Below, one piece after another: positions 38,191 through 51,485 of a stretch of DNA of 64,000 nt. The position numbers were made by a program, and so were the translations under genes. The notes below the pieces were generated by a model. The model had not been told where the DNA came from. It did no database searches and was given only the letters and a program-made list of their open reading frames with translations. The stretch is from Nitrospirales bacterium (GTDB lineage Bacteria > Nitrospirota > Nitrospiria > Nitrospirales > UBA8639): positions 256,001 through 320,000 of the forward strand of contig CBDBCZ010000018.1 of assembly GCA_965203295.1 (NCBI GenBank), given 5' to 3'. The stretch's first letter is position 1. Each line of letters opens with the position of its first letter.

Positions 38191-41100
38191 GGTTTTCCAC
38201 AGGAGAAGGCAGAGTCACTGCCAAGACAAGTATTTAACACACACACGCATACAGGCAGTATACAGTTTGTGTCTGTTAGACACAAACACATTCAGCCTGG
38301 CCAAATGCACAGTCTGTTCAGCCTCACGAGGTTAACAAGCTCCATCGATATAGTCTTGCTCTGGCCATTGGTGTAGCCATGTAAGAATCCACCACGTGTG
38401 GCTGTTGCCAACGTAATAATACGCTGGTCCTTAACAAAGAGCATGTTCAAACATTTATCACTCACAGTTGTTTGGATATACATGTATATACACAACTTAC
38501 GAGGAGTAATTCTATTGCTCCCTTCTTTTCCACCACGTTATGCCAATCTACTGACTCTACCATTCCATCTAGTAAGGTTGTGTCCCATATGCGTCGGCAG
38601 TCGGGACACTCCGTCCGCTTTATGGTCATCCCCTCGCAGAACTTGACAGTCATTTTTAAGCGGGAGATTGTGCTGGAGGTGATTGGACGGAACACAGACC
38701 CCTCCACCCACGTCTTAAATACGGCCAAACTAGCCAAAGAGTGGGCTTTGATTGCGAAATAGAACAGAATGCCTGTTACACCTTCAAAATACACCTTGCA
38801 AGGGGGTATTACGGAACAGGCACAATAAGATACGTATGTATGTATATGTGCACAAGTCCTCAGTCGTTGCAAACAAACCATAACACAGATAGCTACTTCT
38901 GTTTCCAATCCCATTTCAATGCATGCTGCTATCATTTAACAGTTTTTGTCTTGTCTGTCCACTGCAGATCACCAACATGCGAGAATATTGCGGTTACACG
39001 CTCTAACTCTTCCCGCCTCAATTCCTTATGCGCTCTTGGGGCACACACACAGATGGAAGACACAGTACACAAGTACTTACCTGCCACTGTCCTTGTCCCC
39101 TCTTTCATACTCTTCGACCAATCTCTCAGCTCCTTCCATCCTCCCAATCTTCCTGATCGTCTCTCTTCTCCTCTCCATAGACTCTTCACACTCTAACACA
39201 ATATGCCCTACATCCTCCACCTCCTCACTAGCATAAAAATACACATTTACCATCTGTACACATCTGGCACCTCTTCAACAACCCAACTGGCCCCATTGTA
39301 ACCTAAATCTAATACTGTCAAACCCACTCTTCACTCCCTATACAATCTCAGACTGCTCAGAGTGAATGTCTTCTTGCACAAAATTGGCTAACACTGGGAA
39401 CAAGAAAAGTGAATTCTATATATGAATTCGAATCTGGGAGAAGCCCAGTCCAGTATGTTCAGTAGGCATATTGTAATTGAAGTATGGTGCCATGCCACTT
39501 AAAAACTCCGCTGTACATGTGCTCATGCATGCAGATCAAGACACAAGAAAAGTGAATTCTATATTCAGTAGCCATATTGTATGTGAAGTGCCATGCCACT
39601 TACAAACTCTGTTGTGCTCAAGAAAAATGCAGATCAGGAAAAATTGTAGATAATATATATATGTAGTGAAGCGACATTTACATAGGATTAAAGTTTGTCG
39701 AGTTGCCAGCTTCTATATATAGCCTACACCAGAGACATGTAAAGAAATAGCTGAGCACTTTGTACGCTTATGCATGCTAGGGTGATGGTCTATCGCTATA
39801 GCATTACTACACTCCACTTACGAGGTCGTGATCGTCTGGCTGTTGTCCACTTCCCCACCTGCCAAACCTGCGCCTTGGCCTTGGCCCTGCCAGCCGGTAG
39901 CTGCGCCAGCGCCGTGGCCGGCGGCGCTTACGCCCGTGTCTGCAGGGAAAAGTAGAGTAGTGTAAGTCACTAAATGTCGACCACGTTGTGAACTTTCCGT
40001 CAAGGGTTCTATCTCAGCACTCAACTTTTCAAACCAAGTTATAATGCTACCATATCATGGCTGTACACCATTCTAATGTTAGTCAGTGAGTTCAATTCTT
40101 TATCGATGGTCGACTAGCGGTACGTATAATGTTCACTACATATATACTTTTGCAATATCGAATCTCACTGACAACCATGTGCACACCCAAGGCTTTCTCA
40201 CTTTTCGCGATTTATTTCCACAGAAGGGTGAGACTACTTTATTTCTAGGTGACACTCCTATACAGTCTTTCTGTGCATTTTTGAAAGATTTTTCACCGAA
40301 ACTGTGACCTGGAGCGGCATGAAGGTTAAATTACGTATGATAAGTTAACTACTACGCTTCTGCATATATTACATATTGTCGATCGTGACGGTCGACAATA
40401 TGTGACATAAACTAAGTATTGTTTTATATAATATATATATAGTGGTGGACGTTAGGAGGTGGTTAAGAAACGGTGGTTTACGCTATATAGCTATAGTGCC
40501 AAACATCGCGAAAGAGATAATTTGGCAGTGCGAAATTCTGCATTCTGTCTGATAAAAGAGTATTATATTTATAGTGCAAACATGGAGGGAGATAGGTCAT
40601 TTCACAGTGATTGTTTTGCAATGAAAAGAAAAGTATTTATAGTCATCAGTAGTGGTTCCTTTAATGGCAAAGTAGTTTGAAACGAACTGGATCTTGGCAG
40701 CACGAGTGATATAAGTCAAAGCAATGTTCTTTTGATTTGTGGTTTGCCGTTTTTAATACATTACCAGGCGTTCATACACATAGCACCAGTAACTGTCTGG
40801 GGTGCCTGATATCTTCTGGCAGGTGCACTGCATATTCTAGGTTCTGTGTACATGCAGAGGATATACAACCCCTCATGCAAGATTGCATGTTTCCACAGCA
40901 ACTTGCTGAGGTAGTTGATGTGTTCCGTTTGCCATCCAGAGTATCGTAGGTAGTGAGAAAACACTAAGCTGTATATTCTCACGAGTAACATGAAACAAGC
41001 ATACAAGTTTTAGCAGTGTGGGGCTGGGCACGTGACTAATGTAATATAGGCCCTCGCCATAATAGCAAGGTGGACTCATCTGTCTGCACCATACCACACA

Positions 41101-41464
41101 GGACTTTCTCATGCACTAGTTGTGACTACAGAATGTATGAGTGACCCCCCCCCCCAATCATACTACTGTAATTCAGCAGTCCACCTTAAAGCTGTTATTT
41201 AAAATAAGTGAATTGCAGACATGTGTAGATGGGTACAGCTACTTACATGACATTACATTACATTTATGTGTCTTGTGCGTTTTGAACTTGTCCTTTCTAA
41301 ACTCTATTTCTCTCTCCTTCGCATGCTTGCGCGGGTGGGCAAGTATCTTGACATGCTGCATTTTTGTAAAATCCAGGACAGCGTAGGAAGTCTGTTCAGT
41401 TGATGGAGGGGGGTATTCATTGGTCTCTTTTTAAAACACCACCTCGTGGTATGGGAATTTTCGT
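38190..41464. repeat. Copy 1 of a ~3.3-kb duplicated block (LINE-like 3' fragment, unidentified exon-like pieces, CACTA transposase 3' fragment)
   Basis: Near-identical to ~44800-48108. Minus-strand EEVEDVGHIVLEC near 39200 resembles a LINE zinc-knuckle region. 40760-41005 matches transposase 52760-53020. Confidence 0.9.
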
Positions 41465-41730
41465 GAGTGCTGTAAGCAGGGCAGTTGTGCGTAGTTCTCC
41501 CCCTCCCTTACTGGCGACTTGTGTTTGAGTCTTGTAGGCAGGGCGGTTGTATGTCACCCCTTACCCCCTCCCTGACTGGCGACTTGTGTTCGAGTCCTGT
41601 AGACAGGGCAGTTGTGTGTATGTCACCCCCTCCCCCCTCCTAGACCGGCGACTTGAGTTTGAAACTCGTAGGTAGGGCAGTTGCGCGTAGTTCCCCGTCC
41701 CTCCCCCCCCCCCCCCCCCCCCCCCCCCCC
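41465..41730 (-). repeat. Short array of the ~60-bp satellite
   Basis: About 4 units ending in a long poly-C run at the Crypton 3 junction. Confidence 0.9.
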
Positions 41731-42956
41731 GGGGAAGGACGGGGGACTTGGGCATTGAACATCCTAGTAACGCCAGTTACTCGGAGACTATGATTCATTT
41801 TCTCTTCAATCTCACCATCTGTACACATCTGTTTAACAACACCTGCCAGGTGGTTTCTCCCACACCGGGAACTGGTGAACCAAGGAGAATTGTCCAATGG
41901 AGTTTTTTGTTTTGCATGCCAATAAAATGAACCTTTCTGAAAAGCGTCTGGGGGAAGCTTGCTACAGTAAAGTTGCAGTAGGTGTACGAAACACTTTTCC
42001 CCAAGCGACTCATCAGCAAAGTGCTTCACAACTTTGTTATCCGCTTTGTCTTTATAGCTACCACTTCGGTTCTTTGAGCCAAATTCAGTATAGCAAACGA
42101 AGTTCAATGACTTGCCGTTCTCATCCACGCTTCCAAATTCAAACTGAGACAGTTTAAGGTTATGGTGCTCCCTGCCGCCCCGCAAACAGAGATTCTTATC
42201 GTTAGCAAAAAACACAGCATTGAAGAGTGTTTTGGGGGAATGCACCCCCATTATGTTTAGGTCCCACAGCCTTTCCTCTTCCTCAATGCTGAACGGTTGG
42301 ACGTGCTGCACTTGTGCACCGATCCCTTCCTCACGTCGTGCACGAGCAACGTTATCTCTCACTCCTCGCAGTCCTTTGAATCTCGGGTCATCTTCAGACA
42401 AGATGTTTGGCGGGTCAGACTGTTGCTCTTGCATGTATCGCTTAAGACCTGCGAGCAAAGAATCGATTGACTTGGAAGGGAATGGCTTCCCATCTTCACG
42501 GCGTGTTTCATACACGTAGGCTTGCAACCACGTATTCAGCTCACTAGCATCACATCGCTCGAGTAGGTCGGCAGGTACTGGGTCATCTGGCTTAGCCTCC
42601 ATTCTCCACGATCTCCAAGCACAAAAATTGCGCACAGCCCAGCTAGTACTAGCCTTAGTGGCAACAGGAACACATCCCTTTGCAGCTGCCTCCAATTCTT
42701 CCACGCTCGTCGGTTTTCCAAATCGATTCGACTGCTTAAGTGGCTCCATAGATTCCGAGGTCTTTCGCTTCTTAGCTGCCTGCAAATTCTCCTTGCCGAA
42801 CAATAAGTCCCACTCGGACATGCTATCGGGCAAAAGCCTAAGCTCCTCGGCAACTTCCTTTTCCCAGTTGATATTGGCGAAAAGATTAGGGGCAATCGGT
42901 TGTCCTGCACCATAGTCGTCAGCCAGAAAGTCCTCAAAGTTGATGTCAAACTCCAT
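41640..42956 (-). pseudogene. Crypton 3 tyrosine recombinase, C-terminally truncated and reading into satellite
   Basis: ETRREDGKPFP, LCLRGGREH and MNHSLRVTGVTRMFNAQVP are followed by satellite-derived poly-Gly. The TGH and catalytic Tyr are missing. Confidence 0.88.
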
Positions 42957-43227
42957 CTTGCTACACTCACTAGCAGAGACTCACTAGCCAACTACAGAAG
43001 CCGTACCAGTAGCAGACGCCATTGACGTCACTCGCATTGCTTAGCAACGCTGCCAACAGCCAATGAAAGCCATGCAACAAATTAGATAAAGCATGCCTAC
43101 GCGGGGTATAGGCCAGTTATTGACACGGTTATGACGTAGAGCCCGAGGGCCGCAGGCCCGAGGGCTCTACGTCATAACCGTGCCAATATCTGGCCTATAA
43201 CCCGCGTAGGCATGCTTTATCTAATAC
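41731..43227 (-). mobile_element. Crypton 3 (same family as Crypton 1), 3'-truncated, embedded in satellite
   Basis: Starts with the same GTATTAG terminus and hairpin as Crypton 1 and carries a YR ORF. Confidence 0.85.
43081..43225. repeat. 5'-terminal hairpin of Crypton 3 (64-bp arms, structured loop)
   Basis: 43081-43144 pairs with 43162-43225 (3 mismatches); the loop contains GGGCC-GCA-GGCCC. Confidence 0.95.
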
Positions 43228-44800
43228 GTGTATGTCACTTCTAGGGCCCTAGCTGGCGACTTGTGTTCGAGTCTTGTAGGCAGGGCGGTTCTATGTCACC
43301 CCTTTTCCCCTCCCTGACTGGCGACTTGTGTTCGAGTCCTGTAGACAGGGCAGTTGTGTGTATGTCACCCCCTCCCCCCTCCTTGACCGGCGACTTGAGT
43401 TTGAAACTTGTAGGTAGGGCAGTTGTGTGTAGTTCCCCGTCCCTCCCCCCCCCTTCCTGACTGGCGACTTCTGTTCGAGTCTTGTGGGCAGAGCAGTTTT
43501 GTGTAGTTCTCCCCCGCCCCGGACCGGCGACTTGTGTTGGAGTCTTATAGGCAGGGTGGTTGTGTGTATGTCACTCCTAGGGCCCTAGCTGGCGACTTGT
43601 GTTCGAGTCTTATAGGCAGGGCAGTGTGTGTATGTCACCCCCTCCCCCCTCCCTTACCGGCGATTTGTGTTAGAGTCTTGTAGGCAGGACGGTTGTGTGT
43701 AGTTCTCCCGCGCCCCTGACCGGTGACTTGTGTTCTAGTCTTGTAAGCAGGGCAGTTAGCTGTATGTCATCCCCTCCATAATCGGAGACTTGTGTTCGAG
43801 TCTTGTAGGCTGGGCGGTTGTAAGTCACCCCTTCCCCCCTCCCTGACTGGCGATTTGTGTTTGAGTCTTGTAGGCAGGGCGGTTGTATGTCACCCCTTCC
43901 CCCCTCCCTGACTGGCGACTTGTGTTCGAGTCCTGTAGACAGGGCGGTTGTGTGTATGTGACCCCCTCCCCCCTCCTTGACCGGCGACTTGTGTTTGAAA
44001 CTTGTAGGCAGGGCAGTTGTGTGTAGTTCCCCGTCCCTCCCCCCCCCCCCCCCCCCTTCCTGACTGGCGACTTCTGTTCGAGTCTTGTGGGCAGAGCAGT
44101 TTTGTGTAGTTCTCCCCCGCCCCGGACCGGGGATTTGTGTTGGAGTCAGGTAGGCTGAGCGGTTGTGTGTAGTTCTTCCCCGCCCCTGACTGGCGACTTG
44201 TGTTAGAGTCTTATAGGCAGGGTGGTTGTGTGTATGTCACTCCTAGGGCCCTAGCTGGGTACTTGTGTTCACATTTTATATGCAGGGCGGTTGTGTGTAT
44301 GTCACCCCCTCCCCCATCCCTTATCCACGACGTGTGTTAGAGTCTTGTAGGCAGGGCGGTTGTGTGTAGTTTTCCCGCGCCCCTGACCGGCGACTTGTGT
44401 ATGAGTCTTGTAAGCAGGGCAGTTGTGTGTATGTCATCCCCTCCCTAATCGGAGGCTTGTGTTTGAGTCTTTTAGGCAGGGCAGTTGTATGTCACCCCCC
44501 TCACTGATCGGTGACTTGGGTTGAGTCTTGTAAGCAGGGCGGTTGTGTGTAGATCTCCCCCTCCCTAATCGGAGACTTGTGTTTTGAGTTTTGAAGGCAG
44601 GGCAGTTGTGTGTAGATCTCTCCTGCCCCTGACCGGCGACTTGTGTTTGAGTCTTGTAGGCAGGGCAGTTGTGTGTATGTCACCCCCTCCCCCCTCCCTG
44701 ATCGGCAACTTGTATTTGAGTGTTGTAGGCTGGGCGGTTGTAAGTCACCCCTTCCCTTTCTCCCTGACCGGCGACTTGTGTTTACAGAGGTATACAAGTT
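43228..44800 (-). repeat. ~60-bp satellite array
   Basis: Same family; the distal part is colinear with 37620-38190. Confidence 0.95.
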
Positions 44801-47800
44801 GGTTTCCACAGGAGAAGGCAAATAGGCAGTGACTCTTAATTATAAGAGTCACTGCCAAGACAAGTATTTAACACACACACACATACAGGCAGTATACACT
44901 TTGTGTCTGTGTGGGAAGGAAAAATAAACACATTCAGCCTGGCCAAATGCACAGTCTGTTCAGCCTCACGAGGTTAACAAGCTCCATCGATATAGTCTTG
45001 CTCTGGCCATTGGTGTAGCCATGTAAGAATCCACCACGTGTGGCTGTTGCCAACGTAATAATACGCTGGTCCTTAACAAAGAGCATGTTCAAACATTTAT
45101 CACTCACAGTTGTTTGGATATACATGTATATACACAACTTACGAGGAGTAATTCTATTGCTCCCTTCTTTTCCACCACGTTATGCCAATCTACTGACTCT
45201 ACCATTCCATCTAGTAAGGTTGTGTCCCATATGCGTCGGCAGTCGGGACACTCCGTCCGCTTTATGGTCATCCCCTCGCAGAACTTGACAGTCCTTTTTA
45301 AGCGGGAGATTGTGCTGGAGGTGATTGGACGGAACACAGACCCCTTCACCCACGTCTTAAATACGGCCAAACTAGCCAAAGAGTGGGCTTCGATTGCGAA
45401 ATAGAACAGAATGCCTGTTACACCTTCAAAATACACCTTGCAAGGGGGTATTACGGAACAGGCACAATAAGATACGTATGTGTGATGTATATGTGCACAA
45501 GTCCCCAGTCGTTGCAAACAAACCATAACACAGATAGCTACTTCTGTTTCCAATCCCATTTCAATGCATGCTGCTATCATTTAACAGTTTTTGTCTTGTC
45601 TGTCCACTGCAGATCACCAACATGCGAGGATATTGCGGTTACACACTCTAACTCTTCCCGCCTCAATTCCTTATGCGCTCTTGGGGCACACACACAGATG
45701 GAAGACACAGTACACAAGTACTTACCTGCCACTGTCCTTGTCCCCTCTTTCATACTCTTCGACCAATCTCTCAGCTCCTTCCATCCTCCCAATCTTCCTG
45801 ATCGTCTCTCTTCTCCTTTCCATAGACTCTTCACACTCTAACACAAAATGCCCTACATCCTCCACCTCCTCACTAGATTAAAAATACACATTTACCATCT
45901 GTATACATCTGGCACCTCTTCAACAACCCAGCTGGCCCCATTGTAACCTAAATCTAATACTGTCAAACCCACTCTTCACTCCCTATACAATCTCAGACTG
46001 CTCAGAGTGAATGTCTTCTTGCACAAAATTGGCTAACACTAGGAACAAGAAAGTGAATTCTATATATGAATTCGAATCTGGGAGAAGCCCAGTCCAGTAT
46101 GTTCAGTAGGCATATTGTAATTGAAGTATGGTGCCATGCCACTTAAAAACTCCGCTGTACATGTGCTCATGCATGCAGATCAAGACACAAGAAAAGTGAA
46201 TTCTATATTCAGTAGCCATATTGTATGTGAAGTGCCATGCCACTTACAAACTCTTGTGCTCAAGAAAAATGCAGATCAGGAAAAATTGTAGATAATATAT
46301 ATATATGTAGTGAAGCGACATTTACATAGGATTAAAGTTTGTCGAGTTGCCAGCTTCTATATATAGCCTACACCAGAGACATGTAAAGAAATAGCTGAGC
46401 ACTTTGTACGCTTATGCATGCTAGGGTGATGGTCTATCGCTATAGCATTACTACACTCCACTTACGAGGTCGTGATCATCTGGCTGTTGTCCACTTCCCC
46501 ACCTGCCAAACCTGCGCCTCGGTCTTGGCCTTGCCAGCCGGTAGCTGCGCCAGCGCCTTGGTCGGCGGCGCTTACGCCCGTGTCTGCAGGGAAAAGTAGA
46601 GTAGTGTAAGTCACTAAAATTTAATGTCGACCACGTTGTGAACTTTCTGTCAAGGGTTCTATCTCAGCACTCAACTTTTCAAACCAAGTTATAATGCTAC
46701 CATATCATGGCTGTACACCATTCTAATGTTAGTCAGTGAGTTCAATTCTTTATCGATGGTCGACTAGCGGTACGTATAATGTTCACTACATGTATACTTT
46801 TGCAATATCGAATCTCACTGACAACCATGTGCACACCCAAGGCTTTCTCACTTTTCGCGATTTATTTCCACAGAAGGGTGAGACTACTATATTCCTAGGT
46901 GACACTCCTATACAGTCTTCCTGTGCATTTTTGAAAGATTTTTCACCGAAACTGTGACCTGGAGCGGCACGAAGGTTAAATTACGTATGATAAGTTAACT
47001 ACTACGCTTTTGCATATATTACATATTGTCGATCATGACGGTCGACAATATGTGACATAAACTAAGTATTATTTTATATAATATATATATAGTGGTGGAC
47101 GTTAGGAGTTGGTTAAGAAACGGTGGTTTACGCTATATAGCTATAGTGCCAATCATCGCGGAAGAGATAATTTGGCAGTGCGAAATTCTGCATTCTATCT
47201 GATAAAAGAGTATTATATTTATAGTGCAAACATGGAGGGAGATAGGTCATTTCGCAGTGATTGTTTTGCAATGAAAAGAAAAGTATTTATAGTCATCAGT
47301 AGTGGTTCCTTTAATGGCAAAGTAGTTTGAAACGAACTGGATCTTGGCAGCACGAGTGATATAAGTCAAAGCAATGTTCTTTTGATTTGTGGTTTGCCGT
47401 TTTTAATACATTACCAGGCGTTCATACACATAGCACCAGTAACTGTCTGGGGTGCCTGATATATTCTGGCAGGTGCAGTGCATATTCTAGGTTCTGTGTA
47501 CATGCAGAGGATATACAACTCCACATGCATGATTGCATGTTTCCACAGCAACTTACTGAGGTAGCTGATGTGTTCCGTTTGCCATCCAGAGTATCGTAGG
47601 TAGTGAGAATACACTAAGCTGTATATACTCACGAGTAACAAGAAACAAGTTTTAGCAGTGTGGGGCTGGGCACGAGACTAATGTAGTATAGGCCCTCACC
47701 ATAATAGCAAGGTGGACTCATCTGTCTGCACCATACCACACAGGAATTTCTCATTCACTAGTTGTGACTACAGAATGTATGAGAGTGACCCCCCCCCCAA

Positions 47801-48108
47801 TCATACTACTGTAATTCAGCAGTCCACCTTAAAAAAAGCTGTTATTTAAAATAAGTGAATTGCAGACATGTGTAGATGGGTACAGCTACTTACATGACAT
47901 ATTACATTTATGTGTCTTGTGCGTGTTGAACTTGTCCTTTCTAAACTCTATTTCTCTCTCCTTTGCATGCTTGCGCGGGTGGGCAAGTATCTTGACATGC
48001 TGCATTTTGGTAAAATCCAGGACAGCGTAGGAAGTCTGTTCAGTTGATGGAGGGGGGTATTCATTGGGCTCTTTTTAAAACACTACCTCGTGGTATGGGA
48101 ATTTTCGT
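44800..48108. repeat. Copy 2 of the ~3.3-kb duplicated block
   Basis: Matches 38190-41464 at an offset of ~6.64 kb, with duplicated ORF pairs such as 38292/44934 and 38472/45114. Confidence 0.9.
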
Positions 48109-48121
48109 GACTCTTGTCACA

Positions 48122-50210
48122 GAAGGGTGGCTGTATGTCACCCCTTCCCCCCTCCCTGACTGGCGACTTGTGTTCGAGTCCTGTAGACAGGGTGGTTGTG
48201 TGTATGTCACCCCCTCCCCCCACCGTGACCGGCGACTTGTGTTTGAAACTTGTAGGCAGGGCAGTTGTGTGTATGTCACCCCCTCCCTTACCGGCGACTT
48301 GTGTTAGAGTCTTGTAGGCAGGGCGGTTGTGTGTAGTTCTCCCCCGCCCCTGACCGGTGAATAGTGTTCGAGTCTTATAGGCAGGGCGGTTGAGTGTATG
48401 TTACCCCTTCCCTGACCAGACGCTTGTGTTTGAGTCTTGCAGGCAGGGCAGTTGTGTGTATGTCACCCCCTCCCTTACCAGCGACTTGTGTTAGAGTCTT
48501 GTAGGCAGGGCGGTTGTGTGTAGTTCTCCCCTGCCCCTGACCGGTGAATAGTGTTCGAGTCTTATAGGCAGGGCGGTTGAGTGTATGTTACCCCTTCCCT
48601 GACCAGACGCTTGTGTTTGAGTCTTGCAGGCAGGGCAGTTGTGTGTATGTCATCCATTCCCACCTCCCTGACCGGCGACTTGTGTTCGAGTGTTGTAAGC
48701 AGGGCAGTTGTGTGTAGTTCTCCCCCTCCCTTACTGGCGACTTGTGTTCGAGTCTTGTAGGCAGGGCGGTTGTATGTCACCCCTTACCCCCTTCCTGACT
48801 GGCGACTTGAGTTCGAGTCCTGTAGACAGGGCGGTTGTGTGTATGTCACCCCCTCCCCCCTCCTTGACCAGCGACTTGTGTTTGAAACTTGTAGGCAGGG
48901 CAGTTATGTGTAGTTCCCCGTCCCTCCCCCCCCCCCCCCCCCCTTCCTGACTGGCGACTTCTGTTTGAGTCTTGTGGGCAGAGCAGTTTTGTGTAGTTCT
49001 CCCCCGCCCCGGACCGGGGACTTGTGTTGGAATCAGGTAGGCTGAGCGGATGTGTGTAGTTCTTCCCCGCCCCTGACCGGCGACTTGTGTTAGAGTGTTA
49101 TAGGCAGGGTGGTTGTGTGTATGTCACTCCTAGGGCCCTAGCTGGCTACTTGTGTTCACGTTTTATAGGCAGGGCGGTTGTGTGTATGTCACCCCCTTCC
49201 CCCTCCCTGACTGCCGACTTGTGTTGAGTCTTGTAGGCAGGGCAGTTGTGTATGTCACCCCCTCCCCCCTCCCTGACCGGTGACTTGTGTTAGAGTCTTG
49301 TAGGCAGGGCGGTTGTGTGTAGTTCTCCTGCGCCCCTGACCGGCGACTTGTGTTCTAGTCTTGTAAGCCGGGCAGTTGTGTATATGTCATCCCCTCCCTA
49401 ATCGGAGACTTTTGTTCGAGTCTTGTAGGCAGGGCAATTGTATATCACCCCCTCCCTGATCGGTGACTTGGGTTCGAGTCTTGTAGGCAGGGCGGTTGTG
49501 TGTATGTCACCCCTTTCCCCTCCCTGATCGTCAACTTGTGTTCGAGTGTTGTAGGCTGGGCGGTTGTAAGTCACCCCTTCCCCCCTCCCTGACTGGCGAC
49601 TTGTGTTCGAGTCTTGTAGGCAGGGCGGTTGTATGTCACCCCTTCCCCCCTCCCTGACTGGTGACTTGTGTTCGAGTCTTGTAGGCAGGGCGGTTGTATG
49701 TCACCCCTTCCCCCCTCCCTGACTGGCGACTTGTGTTCGAGTCCTGTAGACAGGGCGGTTGTGTGTATGTCACCCCCTCCCCCCTCCTTGACCGGCGACT
49801 TGTGTTTGAAACTTGTAGGCAGGGCAGTTATGTGTAGTTCCCCATCCCTCCCCCCCCCCCTTCCTGATTGGCGACTTCTGTTCGAGTCTTGTGGGCAGAG
49901 CAGTTTTGTGTAGTTCTCCCCCGCCCCGGACCGGCAACTTGTGTTGGAGTCAGGTAGGCTGAGCGGTTGTGTGTAGTTCTTCCCCGCCCCTGACCGGCGA
50001 CTTGTGTTAGAGTCTTATAGGCAGGGCGGTTGTGTGTATGTCACCCCCTTCCCCCTCCCTGATCGTTGACTTGTGTTTGAGTCTTATAGGCAGAGCGGTT
50101 GTGTGTATGTCACTCCTTCCCCCTCCCTGACTGCCGACTTGTGTTGAATCTTGTAGGCAGAGCGGTTGTGTGTATGTCACCCCCTCCCCCCTCCCTTATC
50201 CACGACTTTT
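48122..50210 (-). repeat. ~60-bp satellite array
   Basis: Same family as the other arrays. Confidence 0.95.
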
Positions 50211-50515
50211 GTCAACTGAGGGAAAGGTCTCATTCACATGTAAATGTAGATGTATGGTAGTGGGGTTCCACTACATACAATGCTCAGTAGTGAATGGGGC
50301 GCTGTTCTCACAGATGTACTAGCTCTTGATCCACCAGTTATGGTCAATTTTGTAATCTTTCCTGAGGCAGATCTGGAGAAGCCTTCCATATGCTAAGTCT
50401 GAATCCCACCTTTAATGTACATTACCATGGCAACCACTTTTCCCCACGCTTATAGCACTCAAAGGAGGCCACATACAGGGATCATTGCTATGCCAATGTA
50501 CATTAAATCAGTTAA

Positions 50516-50581
50516 AGGTCAGTTTGGGTGAGGGATTAAACTCCTCTCTTTGCCTTTACATTCCCTCACCCAAACTGACCT
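50516..50581. mobile_element. Tiny Kolobok-like MITE (66 bp)
   Basis: TTAA|AGGTCAGTTTGGGTGAGGGA ... TCCCTCACCCAAACTGACCT|TTAA: 20-bp perfect TIR starting RR, with TTAA flanks. Confidence 0.7.
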
Positions 50582-51485
50582 TTAACATAGGGAAGTCTTG
50601 TATTTACAGCTTGAGGGCATTTCCTAGAATTGAGGGCACCTACATGTGTTTGTCTGTGTGTGTGTATGTAAGGTTTATATGGAGCTTTTTGTCTGGCACC
50701 GGTATTGGTGCTCTACAAAGAAGACATCCTATCACAGATTATTTGTAATTTTGAGGCATATGAGGAATGGTCCTTAATTCTCACTGGTTGTGAAGTTTTG
50801 AACTTTACTTCGAAATGTTTCATTTCATGCTTTCATGTTTTCTATGTGTACAGTGTGGAAGGCAGAAAGTCTGTTTCTGGTTTTGAATTGCACTTTTCCA
50901 CTGCTAGGTGCAAAAAAGGAGTACTTTTCTTTAAAATCCAGACTTAATTGACACCACCCTGAAGTGCAATAATGTTCCTAACTCTTTTTGTTGAAATTGG
51001 AGTGCATGCATATATTTCACTATGTGGAGTAAATCAAATATTTTCATTGAAATGATGGTTGTTCTAGACATTGGGATATAGTGGTGAGGGTGGGGAGTGT
51101 GGGCCGGGAAGGCTATTTCTCAAGCCTCCACCACACTCGACCCACCCCCAAAACTACAAAAAAAGAGAAAAGAATATGAGCAAATATGAGCAATTGGCCA
51201 TGGGTGATCCAGGTGCTGATACAAAAGGTGGGATAATAGTGGTGGGGGTTGGGAGTGTGGGCCGGGAAGGCTATTTCTTGAGCCTCCACCACACTCGACC
51301 ACCCCCAAAACTACAAAAAAAAAAAAAGAATTGTCCAATCAAAAGGTCCGTGGAGTGCTGAGGTGCATAAAAGGAGCGGTTGTTTTTACTGTTGTGGTAT
51401 ACATACCGGTTTAGTCATGACTTGCAGGACGGCATGTTCCACAAATATTTGTGGCACCTGTAACGAGAAGGAATAATGTATTATA

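Noticed and set aside
38290..38770. Exon-like minus-strand ORFs in the duplicated block (and their copies at 44934-45410)
   Set aside because: No recognisable domain; conservation between copies only reflects recent duplication.
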